Source: Anaerosomatales bacterium (GTDB taxonomy: Bacteria; Actinomycetota; Coriobacteriia; Anaerosomatales; SLCP01). From it: a DNA stretch of 64,000 bases. This document shows, one piece after another, positions 35,001 to 44,830 of the stretch. A program made the position numbers and the translations under genes. The first letter of the stretch is position 1. The number at the start of each line of letters is the position of its first letter. Below the pieces are notes generated by a model. It saw only the letters and a list, made by a program, of their open reading frames with translations. It ran no database searches and was not told where the DNA came from. The stretch is from assembly GCA_029210645.1 (NCBI GenBank), contig JARGFT010000007.1:55297-119296 (forward strand), given 5' to 3'.

Positions 35001-35686
35001 CGCCAGACATCCGGCCTACCGAGGAGGGCGCCCGTCGCCTGCACGAGCTTGAGCGCCACACCGGCTCCCGAGAGGTCGCAGGAGAGGCATCGAAGGTCGA
35101 GCTTGGGATTGGCGACGGGGACGCCCTGCGGGACGGCGTCGCCGGGCTCGTGATGGTCGGTGATGATGACGTCGATGCCTGCGAGTTTGAGGTCGGCCAC
35201 CTCGGGACCTCCCGAAATGCCGCAGTCCACGGTGACGACGAGATCGGGAGCCATCCCGCGCAGCCGCTCCACCGACGCAGGGGTCAGACCGTAGCCCTCG
35301 CGGAAGCGGTGTGGCACCGTGGCCGTCACCCGCCCCTCGAGAAGCCGGATCCCGGTCGCCGCGAGAGCCGCCGAGGAGATGCCGTCGAGGTCGAAGTCCC
35401 CGAACACCACGATCTGCTCGCCCGAACCGATCGCATCGGCAAGCCGTCTCGCGGCATCCGACATCCCCGGGATGACGTCCGGAGAGAGCCAGTCCCGCGC
35501 GAGATCCGGTTCGAGGAAGCGTCTCGCGTCGTCGGCAGTGGTGATACCCCGACCCAGAAGGATGCGCGCGACGACAGGTGACACCCCGACCTCTGCCACC
35601 AGGCGGTCGAGGGCGGCGGCGTCTACCGGAACGGGCCGCCAGGCACGCGAGCGACAACTCCATCCCCTGTCCTGTTCTGCCATCAT
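32042..35686 (-). CDS. recJ: RecJ 5-3 ssDNA exonuclease fused to a HIRAN domain and a RecQ-like superfamily-2 helicase
   Basis: aa 1-570: DHH motifs (FGDFDLDG, TVDCG, IITDHH), DHHA1 (GGHAAAVG), OB-like domain. aa about 610-700: HIRAN-like (KLAGVTFEGRQ...NPHDANAIAL). aa about 745-1075: helicase motifs ATGRGKS, VVDEAHHV, VTATA, QMCGRSGRDG. Confidence 0.85.
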   Translation of the reverse strand: MMAEQDRGWSCRSRAWRPVPVDAAALDRLVAEVGVSPVVARILLGRGITTADDARRFLEPDLARDWLSPDVIPGMSDAARRLADAIGSGEQIVVFGDFDLDGISSAALAATGIRLLEGRVTATVPHRFREGYGLTPASVERLRGMAPDLVVTVDCGISGGPEVADLKLAGIDVIITDHHEPGDAVPQGVPVANPKLDLRCLSCDLSGAGVALKLVQATGALLGRPDVWRELTDLAMLGTVADIVPLFGENRALVADGLARVRREPRAGIAALAAVSSTKLPVADSDSVAFQLAPRLNAAGRMADPAIALELLMTEDPVRADALARELDLHNRMRQSVEQDLTVAALALAEREYAEGDRGLVLAGEGWHEGVKGIVASRLVQRFGIPVILLTVEDGEARGSGRSVGAVDLYRAVSSTSEMLVRFGGHAAAVGLTIAADRIGEFRSAFLGHLAGLPAELFTVERLVDADIELGDVGLDLAAEVAALEPFGAGNSRPLFSVAGVFMSGRERVGAASNHLRFAAYDGADSVPAIAFRCPDIERLALCDAAVDLAFEVQADEWRGRKRVQMLVREVAVHEHAGYSPAEELVEDLFARADEILAREEYAGIEEADYFHTKLAGVTFEGRQDVVARLSPGTPLRVVRQPDNPHDANAIALHEAHGGQVGFFNRRLAGALAPVIDAGVEYDVEVADVTGGEGGRSYGVNVLVTRRADATAVAEEESIAVRKQELVALSDHDLDRELVREFIGEGTLHDAQQRALDELAAGHRCLTVMATGRGKSLIFHLHAARTALKGGGASVFVFPLRALVADQAFHLEEVMARVGVGVCTLTGESAPAVRDDAFAGLADGRVDIVLTTPEFLAFHAGRFAESGRVRFAVVDEAHHVGTARAGHRPAYARLGETFAALGDPAVLAVTATAGDATAAAIVESLGITSVVTDPTVRENLVVEDRRGLGDKDAYLASLASRGEKIIVYVNSRDQSVRLARMLRKKSPAIAMRVAFYNGGLTRSARNAVERAFRAGEVSVVVATSAFGEGVNIPDIRHVVLYHLPFNDIEFNQMCGRSGRDGALARIHLLFGPRDGKVNEMVLASVAPSREDLAALYRALRELQQTAGPGFEITNAELAERVVARRHSSAMNDRGVSAGIGVFRELGLVEGEGHGAYRRLTVLESNGKVELSSSVRYAEGLEEIAEFEEFREWVLSATPAQLLARFNRPILPSQA

Positions 35687-35758
35687 CTCCGCATCCTAGC
35701 AGGGAGGGCCGACACGCACGTGTCGGCCCTCCGGGTCTCACTTCAGGTGTGGGCGGCG

Positions 35759-36667
35759 TTACGCGGCCCCGAACTTCTTGGCAAGAGCCCTGAACTTGGG
35801 CTCCCGCTCCTTCCATGCGGTGTAGAGCGGCGTCGCCACTCCGATCGAGGAGTACGCGCCGAGCACGATGCCTACCACGAGCGCGAACGCGAAGTCCCCG
35901 AGCGTCTCTCCGCCGAAGAACAGCAGCATCAGCGGCGGTATGATCGACGTGATCGACGTGTTGATCGAACGGGCGATGACCTGGTTGAGCGAGTGGTTCG
36001 CCATCACCGTAAACGTGCTGCGGGTCAGTCCCATGCTGTTCTCTCGGATGCGGTGGAACACGACAATGGTGTCGTAGAGCGAGTAACCCATGATGGTCAG
36101 CAGCGCCGCAATAGTGTTCGGGGTCACCTCGCGTCCCACGAGCGCGTAGATGCCGAGCACGATCAGCACGTCGTGCACGAGCGTGAGGACCGCGACGACG
36201 GACATCTTGTACTCGTAGCGCACCGATATGTAGAGCAGGATCGCCAGCACGGCAGCAGCGAGCGCGAGCAGCGCCGCCCTCGTGATGTTACGGCCCCAGC
36301 CCGGGCCGATCGTGCTGACATCGCCTATATCGGTAGAGAGCCCGAGCGAGCCGAACACCTCGCGGAAGATGTCGTTGGCGACGTCCGCGTCGGACTCGGT
36401 GCTGCGGACGATGTAGCCCCCGCCCTCGGTGGACTGTACGACCAGCCCGGGCGCGCCGGCGTCAGCGAAAGCGCCCCGCACCTCGTCGATGGAGACACCC
36501 TCAGCGTGGCTGATGTTGATGACCGTCCCACCCTGGAACTCGATGCCGAAGGTCAGCCCTCTCGCGAGGAGCGAGCCGACGGCTACGACAACCAGGGTGA
36601 TCGAGAGGATCAGGAAGAGGCGGTGATTGCCGAGGAAGTCGATCTCGCGCCTAAGCATCGGCCCCAC
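35759..36667 (-). CDS. secF: Protein translocase subunit SecF
   Basis: 302 aa. GIEFQGGT, polytopic C-terminal half, DTIVVFHRIREN. Confidence 0.9.
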   Translation of the reverse strand: MGPMLRREIDFLGNHRLFLILSITLVVVAVGSLLARGLTFGIEFQGGTVINISHAEGVSIDEVRGAFADAGAPGLVVQSTEGGGYIVRSTESDADVANDIFREVFGSLGLSTDIGDVSTIGPGWGRNITRAALLALAAAVLAILLYISVRYEYKMSVVAVLTLVHDVLIVLGIYALVGREVTPNTIAALLTIMGYSLYDTIVVFHRIRENSMGLTRSTFTVMANHSLNQVIARSINTSITSIIPPLMLLFFGGETLGDFAFALVVGIVLGAYSSIGVATPLYTAWKEREPKFRALAKKFGAA

Positions 36668-37928
36668 CCCCCTTCACCCCGAAGAGCCATGGGACCCTGG
36701 GAACCACCGTCTCGGCAAGCGTGATGATCACAGAGCGCGACCAGAAGACCATGTTGAGAATGTCGATGGCCAGGCCGAGCATCAGGGTCAGCGCGAATCC
36801 GCGCACCGGACCGATGGCGAAGGTGTAGAGCATCAGCGCCGAGACGAAGGTCACGAGGTCGGCATCGAGACTCGTACCGATCGCGTGCCGGGTCCCGTGA
36901 CGCGCCGCCGAGCGGTAGGTCTTGCCGCCCCGCACCTCCTCCTTGAAACGTTCGATCATGAGGATCTCGGAGTCAGCCGCGAGACCGATCGTGAGCACGA
37001 TGCCCGCGATGCCGGGAAGGCTCAGCGCGAACCACCCGAAGTTCGAGAGCAGCGAGAGCACGCCAAGGAAGAGCGAGCCGAAGATGGAGAGCGCAAACCA
37101 GCTGGCAACACCGAATCCCCGGTAGTACGCGGCAAGGTAGAGCGCCACCAGTCCGAGGCCGGCAAGTGCGGCGAAGACCCCCTTGCGCAGCGAATCCTGA
37201 CCCAGCGTGGGGCCAACCACCCGGGACTCGGAGAACTCGAGCGAGACGGGCAGGGCACCGGTCTCGAGCACGGTCTTCAAGCGCCGCGCCTCTTCCGGTG
37301 TGAAGTTGCCGGAGATCGTCGTCTGGCCACCGGTGATACGGTCGCGTACCACGGGAGCTGACTCGATGTTCCCGTCGAGCACGATGGCGATCTGCTGCCC
37401 GATGCGGGCTCCGGTGATCTCGGACCACGCTGCCGCGCCCTCGGAATCGAACGTCACGTTGACCTCGATCTCGTTGGTCTGCGGGTTCGTGCCGATGGAC
37501 GCAGCCGTGATCACGTCGCCGGTGAGGAGGACCTCGCCGAGTACGACCTCGCCCGTGGTGGGGTCGCTGCTCACGACATCGCGTATCTCGAGCTGACCTG
37601 TCGAGCCGAGCGCGTCGAGCGCCTCCTGCGCGTTCGCGATGCCGGGAAGTTGAACCAGGATCGAGTCGGAGCCCTGACGCTGGATGGTGACCTCGGAGGC
37701 GCCGAGGCGGTCGACGCGGTTGCGCACGATCAGCTCGGCACGATCCATCACGTCATCGGTCACCGGCGTCTCCGGCGTCTCGACGGCGGTAAGGATCACG
37801 GAGAGGCCGCCCTGGATATCGAGGCCCTGGGTGATCTTCTCGCCGGGCGGCCAGAACTGCCACCACGCGAGCGCAGCGAGGACCAGCACGGCGGCCATCG
37901 AGAGCAGATTTCGTTGCCTTGGGTCCAT
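36651..37928 (-). CDS. secD: Protein translocase subunit SecD
   Basis: 425 aa. LGLDIQGG-like QGLDIQGGLSV, LPGI, periplasmic-type P1 domain, six-TM C-terminus. 17-nt overlap with secF. Confidence 0.9.
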   Translation of the reverse strand: MDPRQRNLLSMAAVLVLAALAWWQFWPPGEKITQGLDIQGGLSVILTAVETPETPVTDDVMDRAELIVRNRVDRLGASEVTIQRQGSDSILVQLPGIANAQEALDALGSTGQLEIRDVVSSDPTTGEVVLGEVLLTGDVITAASIGTNPQTNEIEVNVTFDSEGAAAWSEITGARIGQQIAIVLDGNIESAPVVRDRITGGQTTISGNFTPEEARRLKTVLETGALPVSLEFSESRVVGPTLGQDSLRKGVFAALAGLGLVALYLAAYYRGFGVASWFALSIFGSLFLGVLSLLSNFGWFALSLPGIAGIVLTIGLAADSEILMIERFKEEVRGGKTYRSAARHGTRHAIGTSLDADLVTFVSALMLYTFAIGPVRGFALTLMLGLAIDILNMVFWSRSVIITLAETVVPRVPWLFGVKGGGADA

Positions 37929-38052
37929 ACTCTTGCCTTCCTGGGGTCAGCGGCGCGCGGAATCGGAGCAACTCGACACGGTGTACCACTCTCAGGGCAT
38001 GCGCGTCGAGAGGGTAACCCTACTGAATTCGGTAACCACGAACGGTATCCGC

Positions 38053-38364
38053 CTACTGCTCGGGCGGTGTCGGAAGATCCTCGTCTACACTTTCGGGGTC
38101 CGCCTCGGCCGTGTCCGTGCGGGCGATGGCGGTCTTCTCGTAGCGAAGCTCGACACCGTCGGCCACGCGCAGTGTGACCGCGCTACCCTCCATGCCGACG
38201 ATGGTTCCGTGCAGCCCGCCGATGGTGATGACCTTATCGCCGACGGCAAGCGATGCCATCAATGCCTTCATCTGCTTGGTGCGCTGCATCTGCGGCCTGA
38301 TGATCAGCAGGTAGAAGGCGACGACCAACACGCCGAGGTAGAGCAGTCCTGCGGATTCCCCCAT
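38053..38364 (-). CDS. yajC: Preprotein translocase subunit YajC
   Basis: LVVAFYLLIIRPQMQRTKQ...GDKVITIGGLHGTIV. Internal ATG 38364 with GGAGGG SD. Confidence 0.85.
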   Translation of the reverse strand: MGESAGLLYLGVLVVAFYLLIIRPQMQRTKQMKALMASLAVGDKVITIGGLHGTIVGMEGSAVTLRVADGVELRYEKTAIARTDTAEADPESVDEDLPTPPEQ

Positions 38365-38456
38365 GGGTACCCTCCGTCGCACGTCGTGACGTACAGATCA
38401 GAGCGGCTCTCGATCGCGCCGCAACGACGTATCATGATAACACCCACGGCACGCCA

Positions 38457-39608
<1,152 letters not shown>

Positions 39609-39625
39609 CTATGCTGCACTAAGAC

Positions 39626-39651
39626 GAACTCCTCACGGCTGACGCCCGTCT
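39626..39651 (+). promoter_or_regulatory. Candidate ECF-type autoregulatory promoter (GAAC-N17-CGTCT)
   Basis: GAAC at 39626-39629, 17-nt spacer, CGTCT at 39647-39651, immediately upstream of the ECF sigma gene. This implies the real start is ATG 39665 (GGAG 6 nt upstream) or 39671, not 39653. Confidence 0.4.
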
Positions 39652-39652
39652 T

Positions 39653-40219
39653 ATGGAGCAAGAGATGACCATGCCCGCACGCTCGGACGACTCCGCGCTC
39701 GTCGCGGCGGCACAGAACGGCGACACCGCCGCGTTCGAGGCACTCGTCAGGGCTCACTCGGGACCGGTCTACGCCCATGCACTGCGCTTCTTCGGCGATC
39801 CGCAAGCTGCCGAGGACGCGGCCCAGGAGGTCTTCATCAAGGTGTACCGCTCCATTGCAACCTTCGACGGCACGGCGGCGTTCTCGACGTGGCTCTACCG
39901 GGTCACGCGCAACGTCTGCCTCGACATGCTCAGGAGCGGACGGCGCACACCGGTTCCCGTCGACCTCGTCGACGTGTCGCTCACCGCCCCCGACGATCCC
40001 GCCGCCGAGGCGATCACCACGGCAACGGTAGAACACGCGGTGCGGGCGCTGCCCCCGGAGGAACGCGACGCCCTGAGCGCGATCGGGCTGTTCGGCATGG
40101 GCTACGCCGAGGCGGCCAGCGTGCTCGGCGTGCCCGAGGGAACCGTCAAGTCCCGTGTGTTCCGGGCTCGCAAGGCGCTCGTGAACGCACTGCGTGTGGG
40201 AGGAGGTGACCCGAGATGA
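39653..40219 (+). CDS. ECF-family RNA polymerase sigma factor
   Basis: Region 2 (AEDAAQEVFIKVYRSIATFDG...FSTWLYRVTRNVCLDMLR) and region 4 (YAEAASVLGVPEGTVKSRVFRARKAL). Start probably 39665. Confidence 0.85.
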   Translation: MEQEMTMPARSDDSALVAAAQNGDTAAFEALVRAHSGPVYAHALRFFGDPQAAEDAAQEVFIKVYRSIATFDGTAAFSTWLYRVTRNVCLDMLRSGRRTPVPVDLVDVSLTAPDDPAAEAITTATVEHAVRALPPEERDALSAIGLFGMGYAEAASVLGVPEGTVKSRVFRARKALVNALRVGGGDPR

Positions 40220-41214
40220 TAGAGTGCACCGAGGCGCAGCAGGTGATCTCCGCCGCCTTCGACGGCGAGTTTGCCGACGCACCGGCGCTCGAGGTCGCCA
40301 AGGAGCACTGCCGGACCTGTTCAGGGTGTGCCGTCTTCGTCACCACGCTCGCAGCGATGAACCGGCTTCCCGCACCCGAGATGCCCGGGGCCGCCCTCGA
40401 GCGGATACTTGCCACGGTGAGCGACGAATACGCGACGCAGGCCGAGGAGCCGCTCGCGGTGATGCAGGAGGTGCAGGAGGTTCGCGAGGTAGCGCGCCTG
40501 CGGGTCCCCGTGTGGGCACCCTGGGCCGCAGCCGCAGCCGTCCTGCTTGTCGCCGCAGGTGTCGTCACCACGCAGGGCGTTCGCTACCTGCTCAAGCCAT
40601 TGGCCGGCGTCGACACCGCCGCAGAGGTCTCGGTGACGGACACCGCCGACGATCGACAGGCGGAGTTCGGCGCCGAGAGCGACCTTTCCGCCGCAGAGCC
40701 GCCCGCACAGGACGGACTCCTGATCGCGGCCGAAGGACCCTCCTACGTTGTCTTCGGTGACGCTGTCTACCGCCTGGTGGGCACGGCAGCCGGTGAGCCG
40801 GCCGGTACGCGCGTCGGCTCGGTGACCAGCGCGCTCGACACGGGCGGCGCGGCCTCCGACCGGCCCGTGTACGCTGACCCGTCCTCGGATGGGATCGTCG
40901 TCATCGGCGATGACGATGCGCTGCTGCGCTTCGAGCCCGTGGTGCGGATGCTGCGCGGGACTGCATACGCGCAACGCTCGGGAACCATCGGGGGCTTCGG
41001 GCAGTGGCCGAGTCTGCCGCAGGGCATACCCGAGCCTGCCGCTCCCGACGGCTCCCCGGCCTTCATCGCCGCGGGCACTGACGACGCCGGCGCGACGGTC
41101 TACGTCCGCCCGGGCACCGATCCGTCGGACGGGTTTGCCATCGCTCCGGGGACCTCCCCGTCGGACCCCGCCGCCGGGAACAGCGCGTGGACCTGGTGGG
41201 AACCGCGACGCTGA
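40216..41214 (+). CDS. Anti-sigma factor (zf-HC2 type), single-pass membrane protein
   Basis: 4-nt overlap with the sigma gene. HCRTCSGC is the H-x3-C-x2-C motif. TM helix WAAAAAVLLVAAGVV. Roughly 220-aa extracytoplasmic domain with no recognisable family. Confidence 0.75.
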   Translation: MIECTEAQQVISAAFDGEFADAPALEVAKEHCRTCSGCAVFVTTLAAMNRLPAPEMPGAALERILATVSDEYATQAEEPLAVMQEVQEVREVARLRVPVWAPWAAAAAVLLVAAGVVTTQGVRYLLKPLAGVDTAAEVSVTDTADDRQAEFGAESDLSAAEPPAQDGLLIAAEGPSYVVFGDAVYRLVGTAAGEPAGTRVGSVTSALDTGGAASDRPVYADPSSDGIVVIGDDDALLRFEPVVRMLRGTAYAQRSGTIGGFGQWPSLPQGIPEPAAPDGSPAFIAAGTDDAGATVYVRPGTDPSDGFAIAPGTSPSDPAAGNSAWTWWEPRR

Positions 41215-41229
41215 CCGTGACGGCCACGC

Positions 41230-42264
41230 CTACACGATGAGCATCGCGTCCCCGAACGAGAGCATCCGGTAACGCTCCTCGATCGCCGTGCGGTACGCGC
41301 GCATCACGAGCTCGCGACCGGCAAAGGCGCTCACCATCATCAATAACGTCGATCGGGGCGTGTGGAAGTTCGTCACCATGGCGTCGACGACCTCGAAGCG
41401 GTGTCCGGGAAGGATGTAGAGATCGGTCTGCCCTTCACGGGCAACCACCTCACCGCTGTCCGCATCGAACGCGCTCTCGAGCGCGCGCACCGCTGTCGTG
41501 CCGACAGCGACAACGCGGCTGCCACGCTCGCGGGCGTCGTTGACGGTCGACGCCGCACGCTCGGACACCCGGTAGTGCTCGGTGTGGATGTGATGCTCGC
41601 GCGGGTCGTCCTCGGCGACGGGGCGAAACGTGTCGATGCCGACATCGAGCTCGACCGGCGCGATGTGGACACCCATCCGTGTGACCTGTTCGGCGAGAGC
41701 GGGAGTGAAGTGCAGCCCCGCGGTGGGCGCGGCGGCCGACCGCTCGTCCCGGGCGAACATCGTCTGATACTGCTCCGGGTCCTTCAGAGGGCGCGTGATG
41801 TACGGAGGCAGAGGGACCTCACCGATGCGTCTGGCGGCGTCGAGAACCCGTCCTTCCCGCGCCGACAAGCGAACGAGGCGTCCTCCCGACTCCTCGATGA
41901 CGTCGACCACGAGTCCTGTGAGCACACCGTCCCCGAAGACGACCCGTGCGCCCGGCTTGAGACGGCGGCCCGGCTTGACGAGGCATTCCCACGTGTCCTC
42001 GTAGCGCTCGCGGAGCAACAGAACCTCCACGGCCCCACCGGTCTCGTCCTTCGCTCCCGTCAAGCGTGCGGGAAGCACCCTGGTCTCGTTGACGACGAGG
42101 ACGTCGCCCCGACCAAGGTACTCGGGCAAGTCGGAGAAGGTGCGGTGATCTATCTGTCCGCTCGCCCTATCGACGACGAGCAGACGGCATGAGTCGCGAG
42201 GTTCGGCCGGTGTCTGCGCGATGAGCCCGGTCGGAAGGTCGTAGTCGTAGTCATCGGTTCGCAC
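41230..42264 (-). CDS. queA: S-adenosylmethionine:tRNA ribosyltransferase-isomerase
   Basis: YDYDLPTGLIAQTPAEPRDSCRLLV, VVNETRVLPARL, TAGLHFT, AVGTTAVRALES. Confidence 0.95.
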   Translation of the reverse strand: MRTDDYDYDLPTGLIAQTPAEPRDSCRLLVVDRASGQIDHRTFSDLPEYLGRGDVLVVNETRVLPARLTGAKDETGGAVEVLLLRERYEDTWECLVKPGRRLKPGARVVFGDGVLTGLVVDVIEESGGRLVRLSAREGRVLDAARRIGEVPLPPYITRPLKDPEQYQTMFARDERSAAAPTAGLHFTPALAEQVTRMGVHIAPVELDVGIDTFRPVAEDDPREHHIHTEHYRVSERAASTVNDARERGSRVVAVGTTAVRALESAFDADSGEVVAREGQTDLYILPGHRFEVVDAMVTNFHTPRSTLLMMVSAFAGRELVMRAYRTAIEERYRMLSFGDAMLIV

Positions 42265-42346
42265 GTGTCTCTCCCGGTCCGCTGATCGAAGGTGTCCTGC
42301 GCAGTTCGATGCCGGAAGTGTAGCGCACCGTCCGGGGCACGCCGGT

Positions 42347-42910
42347 TCACGTCCGGCGCCGCTCGGCTCTCCTGCGCGCCCTCTCCTCGTCGGCCTCCCT
42401 CTTGGAGGGCAGGCAGCCGCAGTAGTTCTGCCGGTACATCCCGGCCTCGCGCGAGCGGCGGGTCGCCTCGGGATAGCGTGGGCGGTAGTCCTCGAAGAGC
42501 CACACGAGACCGTGCTCGGAGGCAGCGGCCCGGCCCGCGGCGTCGATGGCCTCCGCTTCCTGGTACGGACTCACGCTCAGCGTGGTCGAGAGTGCGTCAC
42601 AGCCGTGACGGGCTCCCTCCGCAGCGGCCTGGTTCAGCCTAAGCGAGTAGCAGCGTCGGCAGCGAACGCCGGGGGCCTCGCGCACCCCCGCAACCGCTCT
42701 CTCCCAGAGCGCGGGCTCGTAGGCGACCTCGGCCGTTTGCAGGCCATGTGCATCGGCCCACTGCCGGAGCGTGTCGTAGCGCAGCTCGTACTCATCGGCA
42801 GGCTGGATATTGGGGTTGGCGTAGATCACCACGACTTCGTGCTGCGCGGCAAGCGCGTCGAGCGGCTCGATGAGGCAGGGGCCGCAGCAGGCATGGAGTG
42901 CGACTCTCAC
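42347..42910 (-). CDS. queH: Epoxyqueuosine reductase QueH (DUF208)
   Basis: LHACCGPC...NPNIQP..EY..R...CRRCYSLRL...STTLSVSPYQ...YRQNYCGC. Confidence 0.85.
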   Translation of the reverse strand: MRVALHACCGPCLIEPLDALAAQHEVVVIYANPNIQPADEYELRYDTLRQWADAHGLQTAEVAYEPALWERAVAGVREAPGVRCRRCYSLRLNQAAAEGARHGCDALSTTLSVSPYQEAEAIDAAGRAAASEHGLVWLFEDYRPRYPEATRRSREAGMYRQNYCGCLPSKREADEERARRRAERRRT

Positions 42911-42967
42911 GGGATCCTCCCGTCGGAGTGGGTGCTCACACCCACAGTGTACCCCGCGCCGCCTCGA

Positions 42968-43603
42968 TCAGAGATAGGCCCCGACTAGTGCTACGAGGCC
43001 GAAAAGGATGAAGATCACGCCCGAGACCCGGGCGATGACCGTGCGGGGCAACCGTCGTCCCACCGCACTGCCGGCGAGTATGGCGATCCCGTTCACCAGC
43101 ATCATGCCGATGACCGATCCGACCCACACGCCGAGGAAGACGCCTCTCCCGCCGCTCGGCAACACGAACTCCATGCCCAGGGGAGCGAGGACCCGTGCAG
43201 CGGCTCCCGGGTCGGCGGCTACGGCCAGCGTGAGAACTTGGGTCTTGTCGCCGAGTTCGGCCAGGAAGAACGCTCCTGCGACTGCGGCGACCGGACCCCA
43301 CCCACGACGTACCTCGACATCCTCGTCGTCATCCCCACGCGACGCGTCGCGAAGCGACCAGACGCCGAAACCGATGAACAGAGCAGCAGTGACGAAGGCA
43401 AGCACGCGCTCGGGGATGAGGTCCCCGGCCACGCGACCGGCCGTCGTCGCGATGAGTTGCAGGCCCAGGACCGCGATGAACACGCCGAGGAGCACGTGGC
43501 GGGCAGGGTAGCGCGAGGCCAGAAGAAGCGAGAGCATCTGCGTCTTGTCGCCGAACTCCGCGATGGCAACGAGTACCGCCGCGATGGCGAGCACCTCTAT
43601 CAT
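42968..43603 (-). CDS. UPF0016 / GDT1-TMEM165 family cation (Mn2+/Ca2+) transporter
   Basis: Two copies of the E-x-G-D-K-T motif (AEFGDKTQ, AELGDKTQ) in a two-repeat membrane protein. Confidence 0.8.
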   Translation of the reverse strand: MIEVLAIAAVLVAIAEFGDKTQMLSLLLASRYPARHVLLGVFIAVLGLQLIATTAGRVAGDLIPERVLAFVTAALFIGFGVWSLRDASRGDDDEDVEVRRGWGPVAAVAGAFFLAELGDKTQVLTLAVAADPGAAARVLAPLGMEFVLPSGGRGVFLGVWVGSVIGMMLVNGIAILAGSAVGRRLPRTVIARVSGVIFILFGLVALVGAYL

Positions 43604-43626
43604 CGACCCTCCTGCCCGGAATGCGA

Positions 43627-43655
43627 GGAGGCGGCCCCTGCACGGAGCCGCCTCC
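43627..43655 (-). terminator. Hairpin downstream of csp (probable terminator)
   Basis: 9-bp perfect stem GGAGGCGGC...GCCGCCUCC with an 11-nt loop, about 27 nt past the csp stop. The U-tract is weak. Confidence 0.4.
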
Positions 43656-43681
43656 CGTTAGCCGTATCGACGCTCCAGAAG

Positions 43682-43885
43682 CTACGCCCCGCGGACGTTG
43701 CTCGCCTGAAGCTTGCCGTTCTGGCCGGTCGTCACCTCGAACACCACGGCCTGACCCTCCTCGAGGGTCTTGAAGCCCTCCATCTGGATCTCGCTGAAGT
43801 GGACGAAGAGATCGTCGCCGTCCTCACGAGAGATGAAGCCGTAGCCCTTGTCCGGGTTGAACCACTTGACGACACCTTCTGCCAT
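43682..43885 (-). CDS. cspA: Cold-shock protein (CspA family)
   Basis: [33 protein letters not shown] (RNP1/RNP2). Roughly 200-nt untranslated region upstream (43886-44092), as is typical for csp genes. Confidence 0.95.
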   Translation of the reverse strand: MAEGVVKWFNPDKGYGFISREDGDDLFVHFSEIQMEGFKTLEEGQAVVFEVTTGQNGKLQASNVRGA

Positions 43886-44092
43886 TCGAACTCATCCTCC
43901 CACCCGTGACGGGTCACACCGTGCGACGCGCTTGCCGTCGAACGCCTACCGTGACTCCCCCACAGCGTGGAATGGTTCTCGGTGCCGGTGGTCTCTGACA
44001 AACAGTCGCTACCTATCGCGGCCCGGCCGGACCGCCGTCACAGATTCTATCCCTTACCTGCGAGAGGCGGCAACATCCTCTCTGACCTCGCG

Positions 44093-44830
44093 TCACGCTG
44101 ACATGCGGCGCTGCCGTGCGACAACGAGCGGCAGTGCCGCCGCGGCGACGACCAGCGCACCCACCAGCCCCCACAACAGCGGGAACCCCGAGCCGTTCGA
44201 ACCGCCCGCCCCCGGGGGGCCGAATGCGGCAGTTACCGTGAACGACTGGCCCTCGGAGAGCACCGCGGGACGCAGGGTGTAGAGCCGCTCCCCCGCATCG
44301 TTGGTGCGGGGCGACCCGACCGGCATGGGATCGATCTCGACCGAGCCTGCCGACGCCGGGATCCGTACCGAGAACACGACGTCGCCGGTTGGCACCGTCT
44401 GGACCCACTCGAACACACTCGTGGTCATCCCGTCGATCACGGACAGAGCGGGGCCGACGGCTTCGTACTGCACCGTGCGCGTGGACTCGGCGGTCATCTC
44501 GAGGGCCTGCCCGCCGGTCGCCTCGACGATCGTATGCTCCCGTTGCGGGTCCTCTCCGACGGGACCGCCAAGAATCTCCCCCGACCACACGACCTCAGAT
44601 CCCGCAGGCAACGGGAGGCGGACCATGGCAGGCAGCGGCGTACCCTCCGGGATGTGGCCTGTCACGATGAAGAGCGTGGAACCGAGTTCCCCGCCCGGCC
44701 ACACCTGGACCTCGACCGGCGTTCCGGTCAGGGACACCGGCTGAGCCGCGAGCGCGACAGGGGTCAGGAGTGCGACGCCTGTCAGGGCGAGAGCGAGCAT
44801 GGTGGCAGACGCGGCTGCGCGGCGCCTCAT
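44093..44830 (-). CDS. Exported protein with signal peptide and C-terminal Gly-rich/TM/basic anchor
   Basis: N-terminus [28 protein letters not shown]|AQ. C-terminus [39 protein letters not shown]. Start overlaps the folD stop by 4 nt. Confidence 0.6.
   Translation of the reverse strand: MRRRAAASATMLALALTGVALLTPVALAAQPVSLTGTPVEVQVWPGGELGSTLFIVTGHIPEGTPLPAMVRLPLPAGSEVVWSGEILGGPVGEDPQREHTIVEATGGQALEMTAESTRTVQYEAVGPALSVIDGMTTSVFEWVQTVPTGDVVFSVRIPASAGSVEIDPMPVGSPRTNDAGERLYTLRPAVLSEGQSFTVTAAFGPPGAGGSNGSGFPLLWGLVGALVVAAAALPLVVARQRRMSA

Noticed and set aside
43604-43681. yybP-ykoY (Mn2+) riboswitch upstream of the GDT1/UPF0016 transporter
   Set aside because: The gap is only 78 nt, and most of it is the csp terminator hairpin. 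None of the conserved riboswitch segments I remember are present.
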